Positions 51,402 to 63,856 of a stretch of 64,000 nucleotides of DNA are shown piece by piece. Source of the stretch: Utricularia gibba (Eukaryota; Plantae; Magnoliophyta). Positions within the stretch are counted from its first letter, which is position 1; each line of letters begins with the position of its first letter. Both the position numbers and the translations under genes were made by a program. The DNA lies in the NCBI GenBank assembly GCA_002189035.1, contig CM007991.1:3038001-3102000 (forward strand), read 5' to 3'. The notes below the pieces were generated by a model. The model had not been told where the DNA came from and ran no database searches. It saw nothing but the letters and a program-made list of their open reading frames with translations.

Positions 51402-52024
51402 GTTCCCGAACCCAGATTGGTGCCTATACGACGCCGTTTTAACGGGCCTCAGGAAGCTTTGGAATATACATGTTATATATAGTGAATTGTTATTGAAAAA
51501 GTCGTAGCTTTCCTTTTGTTTGTTTGTTTTTTTTTTTTTTTTTGGGTTGGCATTCCTTTGTCGCTTCCGAAAACCATGCACCATTGGGACGAAGAAAGCT
51601 CATTGCACAATGTCGATCATCTGGGCCTGAAGCTTTCTCCTTCGGCCCCAGAGTTCCCTTCAGAAAAATCATCCATTCTCTGGGTATTCATGGAATCAAG
51701 CTCCATTGCAGGGAATTAAAATCAAGTTTTTGCTTTGGGAAATAGCATTTGCTTAATTCTTCTTTCCTTTTCTTTTTTTTACTTTGTCTGGGTTGAGGAG
51801 AAATATGGACTTTCAGGGTCATTATTCCCTTGTGCTGTGTTGAAGTTCAATCGTGATTCAGGCGCTCCGGAAAGTTTCCCCAGGAAGAGATATTGTGTAT
51901 GGGATTACGAATTTTCGGATAACAGATTGGAAAGAAAACTGGTTTAGGGTGATTAATTCGGGGGAGAAGAATTGCATTGTTTAATGATCATCACGAATTC
52001 ATTGTGATGATCATTTGAGAAGGA

Positions 52025-55000
52025 ATGGACGCCAAATCTGTAGTCCTTTTTGTTATTTCAATCGCTAGTTTTGCAGCGATTAACTCAGAGGGGAACAGAA
52101 AGTTGGCAGATAGCTTTGTGGGCTCGGGAGCTATCAACAATTTTCATGGGATTAATGCAACTACAGTAAGAGAATCTGGCAGCTGCTGGCTACTTGATGT
52201 GATTTTCTGAGGAAATCCTTTGTGCAGCATACTGAGAAAACTTGTTTCTTCATTGCTTATTTCTGCTTTGTTCAGTACCTGACTTGATTAATTCCTGGAA
52301 TATGTTGTTCATCAAAAAATTATTTTTTAAAGTTTGACAGCAGTACTGTTGTATGATGATCACTGAAGAATGCTTATATTAGACACTGGAAAATGAAATT
52401 CTTGAACTTGGTTTTAAGTCTTAACTCTAAGCTCTTTCCTTACAGGTGGAAAGAGCTTGGAATTATTCGAAAAAAGAGGGCATTACAGAGGGTGTGAAGG
52501 ATTCCCGTTTCTCTCGAACTAAAATTAGCATTTCTCAGGGCATTGTGCATGTGGGAGGGAAGGAAAGCTTTTCGAAAAGCATGTATCCAGTGCTGGTTAT
52601 TCCTAGAAGGTATCTAAAAAGAAATGTACATGCTCCATCCCCAGGACCTGCATCACCACAGCCTTCAGCTGAAACACCTGGTATTCAAGTTCTTGCTCCA
52701 TCCCCTTATCTATCGCCAATATCTTCTCCATCCTGGCCCCCATCTTCCTCTCCCTCTCCCTCTGTCTCTCCAGGTCCATCACCTTCACCCCTTACCTCTC
52801 CTTCTCCTACTCCAGGTGTAGAATCTCCAAGTGAGGCTCCTGAACTGAATTCCACGGATTCGCCAGATAGTAATCCTGATATGCCACCAGCGAGGAGTGT
52901 TGCTTCTCCTCCTCCTCCTCCTCATCGTCGTCCTTCTCCTCCTCCTCGTCATCACCCTTCTCCCATTCCACATGTGGTAGTAAGTGAAAACAGGTTTGTT
53001 ACAGCTTCTGTGGTTGCAAGTGCTGTGGCAGGAGTTATTCTTTTAGCCCTGCTATTGATTATCTGTACAAAGAAAAGAACTTCTGAGCCAACAAATGGGC
53101 AGACAGATGGGAAACCGAACCCTCTTCTCTCGTTCAATAGCGGTGACTTTTATGAAGGTGTGTTGCAAGATAATGACTGCTGATGGTTTCGTGTATTTCT
53201 GTCACTCTTATGTTACTCTTTTTCTTCTCCAGACGAGGCTCCTGGGATGAGTAAAGATTTCAAAGCTTCTTCAGCTGCTGTGACTTCCCTGCGTTCTGCC
53301 AAACATTCTCATCTTGCCAACTCCCAGACATCAGGAGTTGATGGAAATGGGGAACAAATGGCTCCCATGATGCCTCGTTTAGAGGCAACTGCACCTCCAC
53401 CACCACCTGGTGCCCCACCTCCACCAAAACCACCTGCTCCAGCCCCTCCACCACTTCCTAAAGGTCGTCCTCCTCCTAATCCACTGAATCCTAAGAAGCC
53501 AACCCCTCCTGTACCACACCATCGGCAACCCTCAGCCGGAGAAGCCAGTATGGGTGATGATTCCGGAGTTCAAAAGGCCAAATTGAAGCCATTCTTCTGG
53601 GATAAGGTCCTTGCAAACCCTGATCACTCAATGGTCTGGCATGAGATAAAATCTGGGTCATTCCAGTAAGTGCTTACAGCGGCGTTTTAAGTTGTAAATG
53701 CTGTATATTTTCAACTTACATATGATGATGATGAGATTTTAAATTTTGCAGATTCAATGAGGAGATGATGGAAAGCCTTTTTGGATATGTCCCTGCAGAT
53801 AAGATGAAAAATGAGCACAAAAAAGATTCATCCTCTGCTGATTCTCCTGCACGGTTGTTACGGATAATTGATCCCAAGAAATCACAAAACCTCGCTATTC
53901 TCCTGAAAGCATTGAATGTGACCACTAAAGAAGTTTGTGATGCTCTAGAAGAAGGTTCGTTTACAATAGCTGTGGAATTTCTTGTGTGTCGTCTACATGA
54001 GTATGCTTATCATTCAAATTACTTTATTGGTTGACATAAATTTATCAGGTAATCAGCTGCCTGCTGAACTCATCCAAACCTTGCTGAAGATGGCACCAAC
54101 ACCAGATGAGGAACTAAAGCTTCGGTTGTATGATGGAGATGTTTCTCATCTTGGCTCTGCAGAGAGGTTCCTCAGGGTCCTGGTTAACATCCCTTACGCA
54201 TTTAAACGTCTCGAGGCGTTGTTGTTTGTGAGCACGTTCCAGGAGGAGTTTCCTTCCATTAAAGAATCGTTTTCAACTCTAGAGGTGGCTACACTTTCCA
54301 TTATCCATCTCTGTGGGCTTAGAATCCATGGAGATGATATTGTGTTTAACTTCTTTTTCAGGTAGCATGCAACGAGCTCAGAAACAGCAGACTGTTCCTC
54401 AAACTCTTGGAAGCCGTTCTGAAGACAGGAAACAGGATGAACGTTGGAACCTACCGTGGTGGTGCTCATGCATTCAAGCTCGACACACTGTTGAAATTAT
54501 CAGATGTTAAAGGAACAGATGGGAAAACCACCCTGCTCCATTTTGTTGTGAACGAAACCATTCGCTCTGAGGGAATAAGATCCCATCGGAGGTTGAAAGA
54601 GAGCCACAGCCCATCGAGCTTGATGACGGCAGAGCATGTTGGTGAAGAATCACCATCCCATTCTCATGAAGAATCAGATGAGTACCACCGTGAGTTGGGT
54701 CTTCAAGTAGTATCTGGGCTTAGCGATGAGCTTCGCAGCGTGAAAAAGGCTGCGATCATTGACAATGAGAACCTGAGTGAAACTATCTCCAAGCTGAGGC
54801 AGTCCTTGAACAAGACCAAAGAGTTCATCGAAAACGAGATGAAGAGCATTCAAGGAGAGAGCGATTTCCGAGACGGGGTTGCCAGCTTCATTGCTGACTG
54901 CGAATCAGATATGGAATGGCTGCGTGAGGAAGAGAGAAGGATAATGGAGGTTGTGAAAAGTACCGGAGATTACTTCCATGGCAAAGCTGGAAGAGAAGAA

Positions 55001-55234
55001 GGGTTGCATCTGTTTCCCATTGTTCGTGACTTCCTGTTAATGGTGGACAAAGCATGCCAAGATATGCAGAAGGCGCCTGCTTCAGCTCAAAGAAGAGAAG
55101 CAGCATCTCCTGCTGCTGCTGCTTTGCCATCCAAGCTCCCACCAGACATCAACAGACGTCTCTTCCCAGCAATGCTCCCACATGATGCCCAAGACATTGG
55201 ATTCAGTTCTGAAGACGATGATGATGATGATTAA
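52025..55234 (+). CDS. Class I formin (signal peptide, Pro/Ser-rich ectodomain, TM, FH1, FH2), FH5/FH3-like
   Basis: KLKPFFWDKV, GSFQFNEEMMESLFGY, LEAVLKTGNRMNVGTYRGGAHAFKLDTLLKLSDVKGTDGKTTLLHFVV; poly-Pro FH1. Confidence 0.93.
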
Positions 55235-55325
55235 CTAATGTATTGTTGTAATGACGCTTCTTTCGGTGCCCGAAACGCGTCTTTCCATGGATGTGGGGCC
55301 CGCTTGTTTTGAGTCGATCAGATCT

Positions 55326-55443
55326 CCACGTCAGCATGCTAAATCCCGTTGCCACGTCAGTCTCTGCGCCGGCGAAAATATCTTTCGCAGCGAGCCAATG
55401 AGAAGGCGCGGCGACGGCTGACCACATGTTTGCGCCACGTGGC
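55326..55443. promoter_or_regulatory. ACGT/G-box cluster upstream of the B-box gene
   Basis: CCACGTCA at 55326, GCCACGTCA at 55351, perfect palindrome GCCACGTGGC at 55434-55443. Confidence 0.5.
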
Positions 55444-55795
55444 GATATCTCAGCCACTCTGCTACTACCCTATGTACGGCTCGCTCTGGTGACCACAAAC
55501 ATTAAAATAGCAGGAATTATATGGTTTCCTTCTTCCGAGAAATTGCGATTCCGGGTGTTGCAATCACATTTTTTTTGGGTAATTTTATATTAATAAGGAA
55601 CAGCTATGTGAGATTTTAATAATATTATTTAATTAGTGATTATCATCATCATTTATTATTCATGAATGACTATAAATCCGCCCTTGCGTTTTCTTACCTG
55701 GTTCCACGTATCTTCGTCGCATCCAAATCGTTTCTGGCGATCGTTGTGCTTCTCGTTGATTTCACGGCGGAAATCATCTGTAGGGACAATACAGA

Positions 55796-56396
55796 ATGGG
55801 AAGGTGCGAGCTCTGCAAAAGGAAGGCGTGGGTGCAGTGCGACGCGGATCTGGCTGCCTTGTGTTGGGACTGCGACGCTAGGGTTCATTCTGCGAATTTC
55901 CTCGTAGCGCGGCATACGAGGAACCTCCTCTGCAAACTGTGCGAGTCCGTGTTGCCGTGGTCGGCCGATGGAAGTAGACTGACTCCGATCGTATCGATAT
56001 GCGAGCATTGCGTCACTGGACGCAATAGAGATGCGACGGAGGCGGTGGAGCGTGGTGTTGTTGCGGAAGAGGAGGAGATTCCTGTGGTTCCGAGTTCTCC
56101 ACCTGATAGCTGTTCGAGTAGCAGCAGTAAAGACGAGCTAAGGGACGGAGAGGTTGAGGATTTACGGAAACGATGTAGCCGTGGTTCGAGCAGCCCTAAG
56201 CAGAAGAAGGACGACGACTTTTCAAAGGATTTGCACAAGCCGGAAAACGGTAGGTTCAGAATATTTCTTCATTTTCTTTTTCTTGCCATTGAAAATTGAA
56301 TTTACGACTTTCTTTGCAGGAGAGGATAGGATTTCAGTTGCAACCACCGCTTCCAAACGAGGAACGACGCCGTCCAATCGACTCCTCCTCCTGTGA
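55796..56396 (+). CDS. Single B-box zinc-finger protein (BBX group V-like)
   Basis: CELC...CDADLAALCWDCDARVHSANFLVARHTRNLLC; two exons joined via GAAAACG|GT...TTTGCAG|GA. Confidence 0.85.
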
Positions 56397-58887
56397 GAGG
56401 AGACATAGGGTAGGGAATATTCCGGGTTCGCGTTAGCATATTCCTTTCCTGCACGGTTCAAAAAAGTGGTCACCCGAGATTAGATACATGCTAACAGATT
56501 GACTCCATTTTGGTTTTTGAACAAATCACCTGATTTGATTCTCGATCTGAATATGTTTTGTTATATTTGCATATGTCATGAATTATGGACAAGGCTTTCT
56601 TGGATGCTTATTTTGGCATTGAACTTCATGCCTAAAACGCCCCTTCCAAGGGCTCTTTGTTAGAGACATACAGCACCGAACTGACATGTGATGGCTCGTG
56701 GGGTAACCCTGAACCAAACCTGAGGTCAAGAATGCAAAGGAAGAACCAGCCTGTGGCTGAGGGAGGCTCCTACTTCCCTTCCACATGGTAAATACTTCAG
56801 TTGACAAGGAAGGATTTGGACCGGTAGGATTCAAAAAACATCATACCTGGGCCAATTCTATCCATCCCTCTCCTCCAGTTGTCCTTCTGCGTACCACTAT
56901 TTCAATGCCTGGCAGCCAGCCATTCCTGACTACTACAATACATGGCTGCTCTTAGTGTTTCTTCTTCCTTTCTGTGCATCCACTTTCAGCAGAACTCGAT
57001 ACTGGAATCTGTTCTTCTCCGCCAAAAGGGAAAACAAATCACCAATTTGCGACAGTGCTAACACGAGTTCATCGACACGCAAACAGTAGATGCATGGAGC
57101 TAAACAGAAAAAAAAAGGATTGCATGCATTTGTCTGGTATTTAAGCTGAAAATTCCAATCGTCAAAGGGATTCACCTCCAGCTCCTGAAGAAGAAGACCA
57201 TGGATACTCGTCTCCCTGAAGATTTGAAATAGCAAGAAGACGGCCTCGATATTCTGGATGTACACAAGTTGAGCATCCAAGAGTCCCTGAACACGACGAA
57301 CCAAGCCCTAAACCAGCAAATTAACACCCTTCGCTGCGTGAATTTGCCCTAGGAAATGGAAATCCTCTCGTTGTATCACTTCCTCCCCAAGCACTCACCG
57401 GTAATCTGTTGATCGCCGGCTCATCAGTGATAGAATGCCTGTGGAAAATCCCAGCGCGATAAAATGTGAGAATTGGAAGCGGATGAACTAGATCCAGAGT
57501 GTTTTCAACAGAGACGAACGCGGAGCCGTCTTCAGTTTGAGAATCGGAGACATTCATGAAACACACCAAAGCTCAAATCCAATCACCCCTCTTCTCGTCG
57601 AGCAGCGGCGACAGCCCGCCGCTCCATTTGGGGGTTCACCTGATCCCCGAACTTACATGGGCTTCCTTAATGGGCTAGTGAGAATGGCCCAACACGAGCA
57701 CCAAGAGGTCGCCCCGTGTCTGGGCGTAGGTCAATGCAGTTTAAACCATGGGGATTGCGGAGACATATATACCGCTAGTGATTATGAATAAATTAGGAAT
57801 GATTTGGTTGTATTATTGGGGATTATTAGTTGTTAATTACCGAGTGGGAGAAGTCCGCGGTGCACCCTACAAAATCCACCGAATCTGGTTGTTCACGAGG
57901 GGCCGAGGAGGAAGGCGCTCATCTTTCGCATCCGATTTCAATGCCTTCGATACTTTTCCAACGACCGTTTACCTGTCGAGAGGCTACCAAAGTCTAAGTT
58001 TTTTCCCTCAGTTGGGATTCCTGGCGCTTGCCCTCTTGTCCGTATCGGCGGAGTTGGTCATTACCCTCCAGATCACAAAATCGATTTCTCCGTGCTGAAT
58101 GATCAGCCTGGCTTGCGAGGGGTGAGATCTCTTGATGCTCTGACGTTGACCTGTTTCTGCGTTTTTTTGTTTCCGAGTATGCTGTTTTGTGGGTTGATGC
58201 ACACGCTGGTTTTCGAGGATTAGGGTGTTGCTGTTTTGCCTTTATCTCTTCTTTTTGTTGCTTTTGGTTGTTGAGTTGCCTGATCTCGCGAATTGGGACA
58301 AGATCATCGGTTGATGCAACATAGTTGCTGGGAATTCTTCTTTAAAAGTTGGAAATTTTCATCGTGTTTGAAAAGGACTCCTTTTTTATTCCTTTTCATG
58401 AGCCTATGAGCTTTCTTATTTCTTACAGTATTTGACTTTCGCAAATGGCCAAAGTTCGATCTTTGATTATTAAAATGATTTTTAACCTTTGTCCCAGATA
58501 AAGGCTTCCGTCTCTATGCTGGATCTCTTTCAGCGACCTTGCTCTAAGCCGTAATCGGGATCGGATTCTTTTCTTTGCAGAACCTTTTATTTCAGTCTGG
58601 CAGATAGAGCAACTTATAAAGTTGCTCACACCTGGAGGCAGGTGTGGGGCTGTAACGCTATAGATCTATTCTTTTGTCAGTTCTTGAAATCGGGATCATC
58701 CTATATTTGGAGAGTTCAGCGGATTTCAGAAGGTTTCCCAGTAGACTATGGCTAAAATTTGCCTGACTTGAAAGTATGAGAGCAGCCAGATAGCTCTTAC
58801 TTTGTTTTTATTTTGCAGCAAATGCTTTTTGAAGAGAAAGCTATTATCTTCATTATCATTATCTAATTTGAATCATCTGAGAATTCC

Positions 58888-61093
58888 ATGAAGATGTTCA
58901 GATTTTCCTGCTTCCCAGCTCACATTCCTTCTCACAGACACAAGGTTAGTGGTCAATTCCTTACGTAATGTAATTCCCTCGCTAATCAGTATATCCTGAT
59001 TTTTTTTTCCTCAACCGTTCAGAAAACTGTTCAGATATCTGGGAAGGCATGAGGAAGGCACTGGAAGATTCATCACAAAACAAAATTATCAGTGAAGTCC
59101 CTGGATTAGAAGCAGAGAGTGTTTCATGTTTCAACAAGGAGGGAGTTACACCCAATAAGAGTCCTGAATCGATGACGAATTACCCTCCTCGGGAGCTGGA
59201 GTGCAACTCTGATGATTTGGATAGTGATTGTGATAGAATGGCACTAAGGAATGCAACAATTAGGAAGAGCATATCTCTGGGAAGTGTCCTCAACTGGGAA
59301 AAAGGATGTGTTGTAGCTGAGGATGAGCTTCAGCAAGGATTTTCTAATGATACACCAGCTGATCAAAGCGGGTTGCTGTTGCAGATGGTATTAATTTTCA
59401 TGCGCCAATAGTATCAGATAAATATCATGAGCAAGGGCCATCCGACTCTCTTCTTGTTGGTTCTGATTTTACAAAGAACATGTCGCTCTTCTCAATTGGA
59501 GGCTCACAACTGATAGAGAAAGAAGATGCTGATAAAGATGGTATAGGTTCATCCTTTGTAATCAATTGCTGCAGCCCAGAACCCCAGCCCCGAGCTGTGA
59601 TTACTAGATCCAGCTCTTTACCCAAGATGCATTCCCCGTGTCAGTCACCTGTCTTTTTTCTTCCCCACTCCAGATCTGCAGAAGATCTAAATGGTTCCGA
59701 TTCAAGGAAGACATCTATAAGACATGAATTTGGAAGGCAAATAGAGTTTGAAGAAAACGAACAGCTTCATGCTGATGATCCTGAGGAGAACTATAACTTC
59801 GTAGATTCTGCAAAACACTGGATAGTACCTGAGCATGATTTGACCAATACAGAGGTAGCCATCATGCAGGACTCCTGTTCTTTTCAACCATGGAATGAAT
59901 CACCAACAAGGGATTTCAAGTTAAAACGAATTGCAAAATGGGTGACCAACCTTCAACACACTGGACCACTTGATGAAACTGTGGAGCCTGCGCCATCTAG
60001 TGACCATCAGGAATTATCAAAGTTCGATACTTTGTTTGAAAAACCAGTTGCTGCAAAGCTTGATGTTGTTGTCACGCCTGGAGCTGAAGTAGCAAAACGT
60101 TACATATCTTCTCTCAACCCCTCTTCAACCACCGCGCAGCTCTCCAACCTTGGTTTGGTAGTGATACCCTTTTTAAGTGCTTTTGTCAGCCTCAAGGCAC
60201 TAAATTTGTCCGGAAATGCAATAGGTGTGCGGGTATCCTAAAGCAAGCATTTTTGTCTTTTTCTTATTACCTTTAGGCGTTCCTTCATCCATGAATATAT
60301 TCTGTGTATTTTCCCAGTGAGGATTGCGGCCGGGGCCCTTCCCCGAGGACTTCACATTCTGAATCTCTCGAAGAACAGTATCTCCACCATAGAAGGGCTT
60401 CGTGATCTCACACGGCTTCGTGTTCTGGACCTGAGCTATAACCGAATCCTAAGAATTGGACATGGTATGCATCCTCCTTTTCCCAGCACCTGTCTGTGCT
60501 GAGTTGTTTTGATCATATATCTAACTTGTCCTGTGTTTGGAAGGTCTGGCTGGGTGTTCCTCCCTCAAGGAGCTCTACCTAGCTGGTAATAAGATCAGTG
60601 AGGTTGAAGGGCTTCACCGCCTTTTGAAGCTGAATGTTCTGGATCTTCGTTTCAACAAAATCTCGACGACAAAAAGCCTCGATCAGCTGGCCGCCAACTA
60701 CAACTGTCTGCATGCAGTAAGCTTGGAGGGAAACCCTGCACAGAAAAACATAGGTGATGAGCAGTTGAAGAAGCACATGGTGTCCCTCCTCCCCAACCTC
60801 ACATACTACAACAGACAATCCGTCAAGGTCGGAACGATGAAGGACGGCACTGATCGATCCGCGAGGCTGGGAATCAGCTCCCACCAGATGGACCGCGGTT
60901 CCAGAGTGGAGGTTAAGAACATGCGAAAAGGAACTGCTGGCCGGAGAGTGGTGCCTGCAAAAGCAGGGGGGAGCAAGCAAGTGAGACCACATCCTACAGT
61001 GATGAGAACTCCGCAGCAGCGCCCCTCTCTGTTTTCAAGGCGGATTTCTCTGTTCCACGAAGCAGAAGCGAAGGAAACCTTGGAGCTCTTTGA
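58888..61093 (+). CDS. Leucine-rich-repeat protein (outer-arm dynein light chain 1/SDS22-like, At1g78230-like); three frameshifts in this sequence
   Basis: LxxLxLxxNxI repeats (LKALNLSGNAI, LHILNLSKNSI, LRVLDLSYNRI, LKELYLAGNKI, LNVLDLRFNKI). Adding one base at 59041, 59370 and 61022 gives a continuous protein ending RSRSEGNLGAL*. Confidence 0.82.
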
Positions 61094-61274
61094 TCAAAAA
61101 CATGCAGTCTTGTATCAGTTCCTCTGTGGTTCGTATGTTCTGTTTTCACACAGCTTTTCTTTTTTTATTAGAGTCTTGGATATTTATATTAGAATTTTAT
61201 TTTTTTAAAAGAAAAAAATTCCGGAAATTTTTGTATCGCCCCCTCCGCCCGAGTTTCCATGTTCTGTCTTCGAA

Positions 61275-62971
61275 ATGGAGGCGGGAATGATATCGGTGGA
61301 CAGATGGGGCTCCGGCAGCCAGGCCTACTTTCTGACGCATCTGCACGCGGATCATACTGTTGGCCTTTCTGCTGGCTGGAATCGAGGAGAGTTGTTTTGT
61401 TCCCGAATCACTGCAAAGCTTTTTCCCTGCAAATTCCCGGGTTTCGATCTCTCCCTCCTCCGTGTCGTTGAAATCGGGACCTGGTACGGGATTTCATTGA
61501 TATCACCTTCGTCCGGCTGCTCAACTACGGTGCGCTTCAAGGCTATTGATGCCCACCATTGCCCTGGTAAGCAAGTAATTTGTTGAACAGTGTTTTGGTC
61601 ATTCCTCCAGCTGTTTGATGTAACTCCTCAACAGTATTTTCATTTGTTTAGCTGTTGCTTTTGTGATTACACATGTTTATTCTACAGTTCCTGATGTCAT
61701 TCTGCGTTAAGACCCTGCTCTTCTTTGTCAGGTTCCGTTATGTACTTGTTTCGCGGTGAGTTTGGATGCATGCTGTTCACTGGGGACTTCCGCTGGGAAA
61801 CATTTGATGATGCGGCAAAAACTGGAAAGGCTTCGTTGCTTGATTCGCTCGGGGATGACAAACTCGATGTCTTGTACATAGATAATACTTACTGCAATCC
61901 CAGATACTCCTTCCCCTCCCGTGATGTGGCTGCCAAGCAAGTAAACTCTCTATTTACCGGGATATCTTTTTCATGCGGAGTTCCTTTCTCATTCTCTTTT
62001 CCTTGCTACATGAAGATGTTTGGACTAAACCATGATTTGATAACCCACTGCAGGTTGTTGATATCATTAGTTCTCATCCACAGCACGATGTGATTATTGC
62101 AATCGACTCATTGGGTAAAGAAGATCTGCTGCTCTACATATCCCAAACACTGAGCATCAAGGTACAGTTCACTTGATGACCCACATGGCTCTGTGATTGA
62201 GATAGGAGCGTTGGTTGGATTTTAAATTTAGATTTCATTATTTTATTCCCTTGCATCTTGCGTTTTTATATTGGTGCTGGATGTGATGTGAACTGTCCCT
62301 TTACAGATCTGCGTGTGGCCAGAAAGACTCCAAATCATGCATCTTCTGGGATTTTTTAAGAACTTCACTACGCAGACCTCTGTTACAAGAGTTCGAGCCG
62401 TTCCTCGTTATAGTTTCAGCATCGACACTCTTGAAGGACTGAACGCCCACCATCCAACCATTGGAATTATGCCATCAGGTCTTGCATTGGCAACAAAAGA
62501 AATGAATGAAAATGGAGTTGTTTTTGGCTCCTCTCCCTCTACATCTCGTCCAAACAAAAGAGCTACATCTGGTACCAAACATACTCCTATCCTCTCCAAG
62601 GAGCCTGATTCTGGTGGTGATCCTCCCATGAATGTCAGAAGATACCATGAACACATCTACGTAGTTCCATATTCAAATCACAGTTGCTTTTCAGAGATAC
62701 AAGAGTTCATTCAGCTTCTCCGGCCTATCAAGATCAGAGGGATAGTATCCTCTTCCTCATGCTACATAGATCCCAGTTACCACTTGGGACATTTGCTCCG
62801 GGGTACTCAAGACTCCCCCAACACCAACAAACAAAGACAGGAAACGGGTGTCCCGAGAAGTCAGCTCCAGTAGGAAGGAAAAGAAAGATACTTGATTTCT
62901 TGGGTGTTCGCGCAAGTCGAGTAAGCTTGCTCAGGAGATTGAGCCATGGTGCCAGACTCACAGGTACTTGA
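61275..62971 (+). CDS. SNM1/Apollo-like metallo-beta-lactamase/beta-CASP 5' exonuclease; probable frameshift at 62815-62819
   Basis: THLHADH (HxHxDH), AHHCPG, FTGDFR, LYIDNTY and VPYSNHS motifs across four exons. Confidence 0.87.
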
Positions 62972-63856
62972 CATACTTCCGTCTTCTGGCATTAGCACAC
63001 ACAGCCCCTGCCCACGTGTACACCATCTAGACTACCACTGTTTTTTTAACTATTAAGACTTCAAAGCAACACACCAGAATGGGCAGTCCTATCCTACAAC
63101 CTTTAAATGTTGTCGTCACACCATCAAAGTCTGTGATAATGTTTCTCCATGCCCATCAATGATGAGATGGGGTAGGACAGCACATTCATATTAAAATTTA
63201 AGGCCACCATGCACATTCAGGTAAAAAGATTAATATGAAATTGATCCTTTTTTTCACCCACAAATATCATGACATGATTATTTTTCTAAATGGTCTTGTG
63301 TTTTCTTTTCCATGGTGTTTGTCTATATGTTGATATGTTGGGTCAACTTACAAAAATAACTGTGGGCAAAAATCGTTTATAGAATGGTCCATCCTTTTCT
63401 TTTTTTAATATGCCAATAATGATGTTTTGAATGTTCTGCATATGGTTTCTTTGACTATAAAGTTTGTTTCTATGGATGAAACACCAGTAATAGTTTGTTG
63501 CTATTTGGATGGTGATAATAAAATGCATGTCAGTAAAAAAAATTGTTCAATTTAGAATTATATTTTATTGAAATTTTTCAATTTTATGTTAGATTTATAT
63601 TTATAGCAACTTAAAATTAAATACAAATATTTAGATACAATATAAAAAGAGTAGGATGGTGGTTAACTGATTTGTGGGTGGGGGTATTTTTGTAAATTGC
63701 AACTACAGAGTGTGTATTTGTGTACCTACTGGTGATCTTCAATCCGAATCGGTGTAGGCAGTCAGTCTCGTCGTGGACCCTCCCCCACCCCCTGCACTTG
63801 CAGTGGTCGGTTTTCTCTTCATTCTTCTTCACTCCACTCCGGGATCTTCATTCACA

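Noticed and set aside
57305-57314. CCCTAAACC telomere-template-like motif (telomerase RNA?)
   Set aside because: No upstream USE (TCCCACATCG) or TATA Pol III promoter was seen; a single 9-mer is expected by chance.
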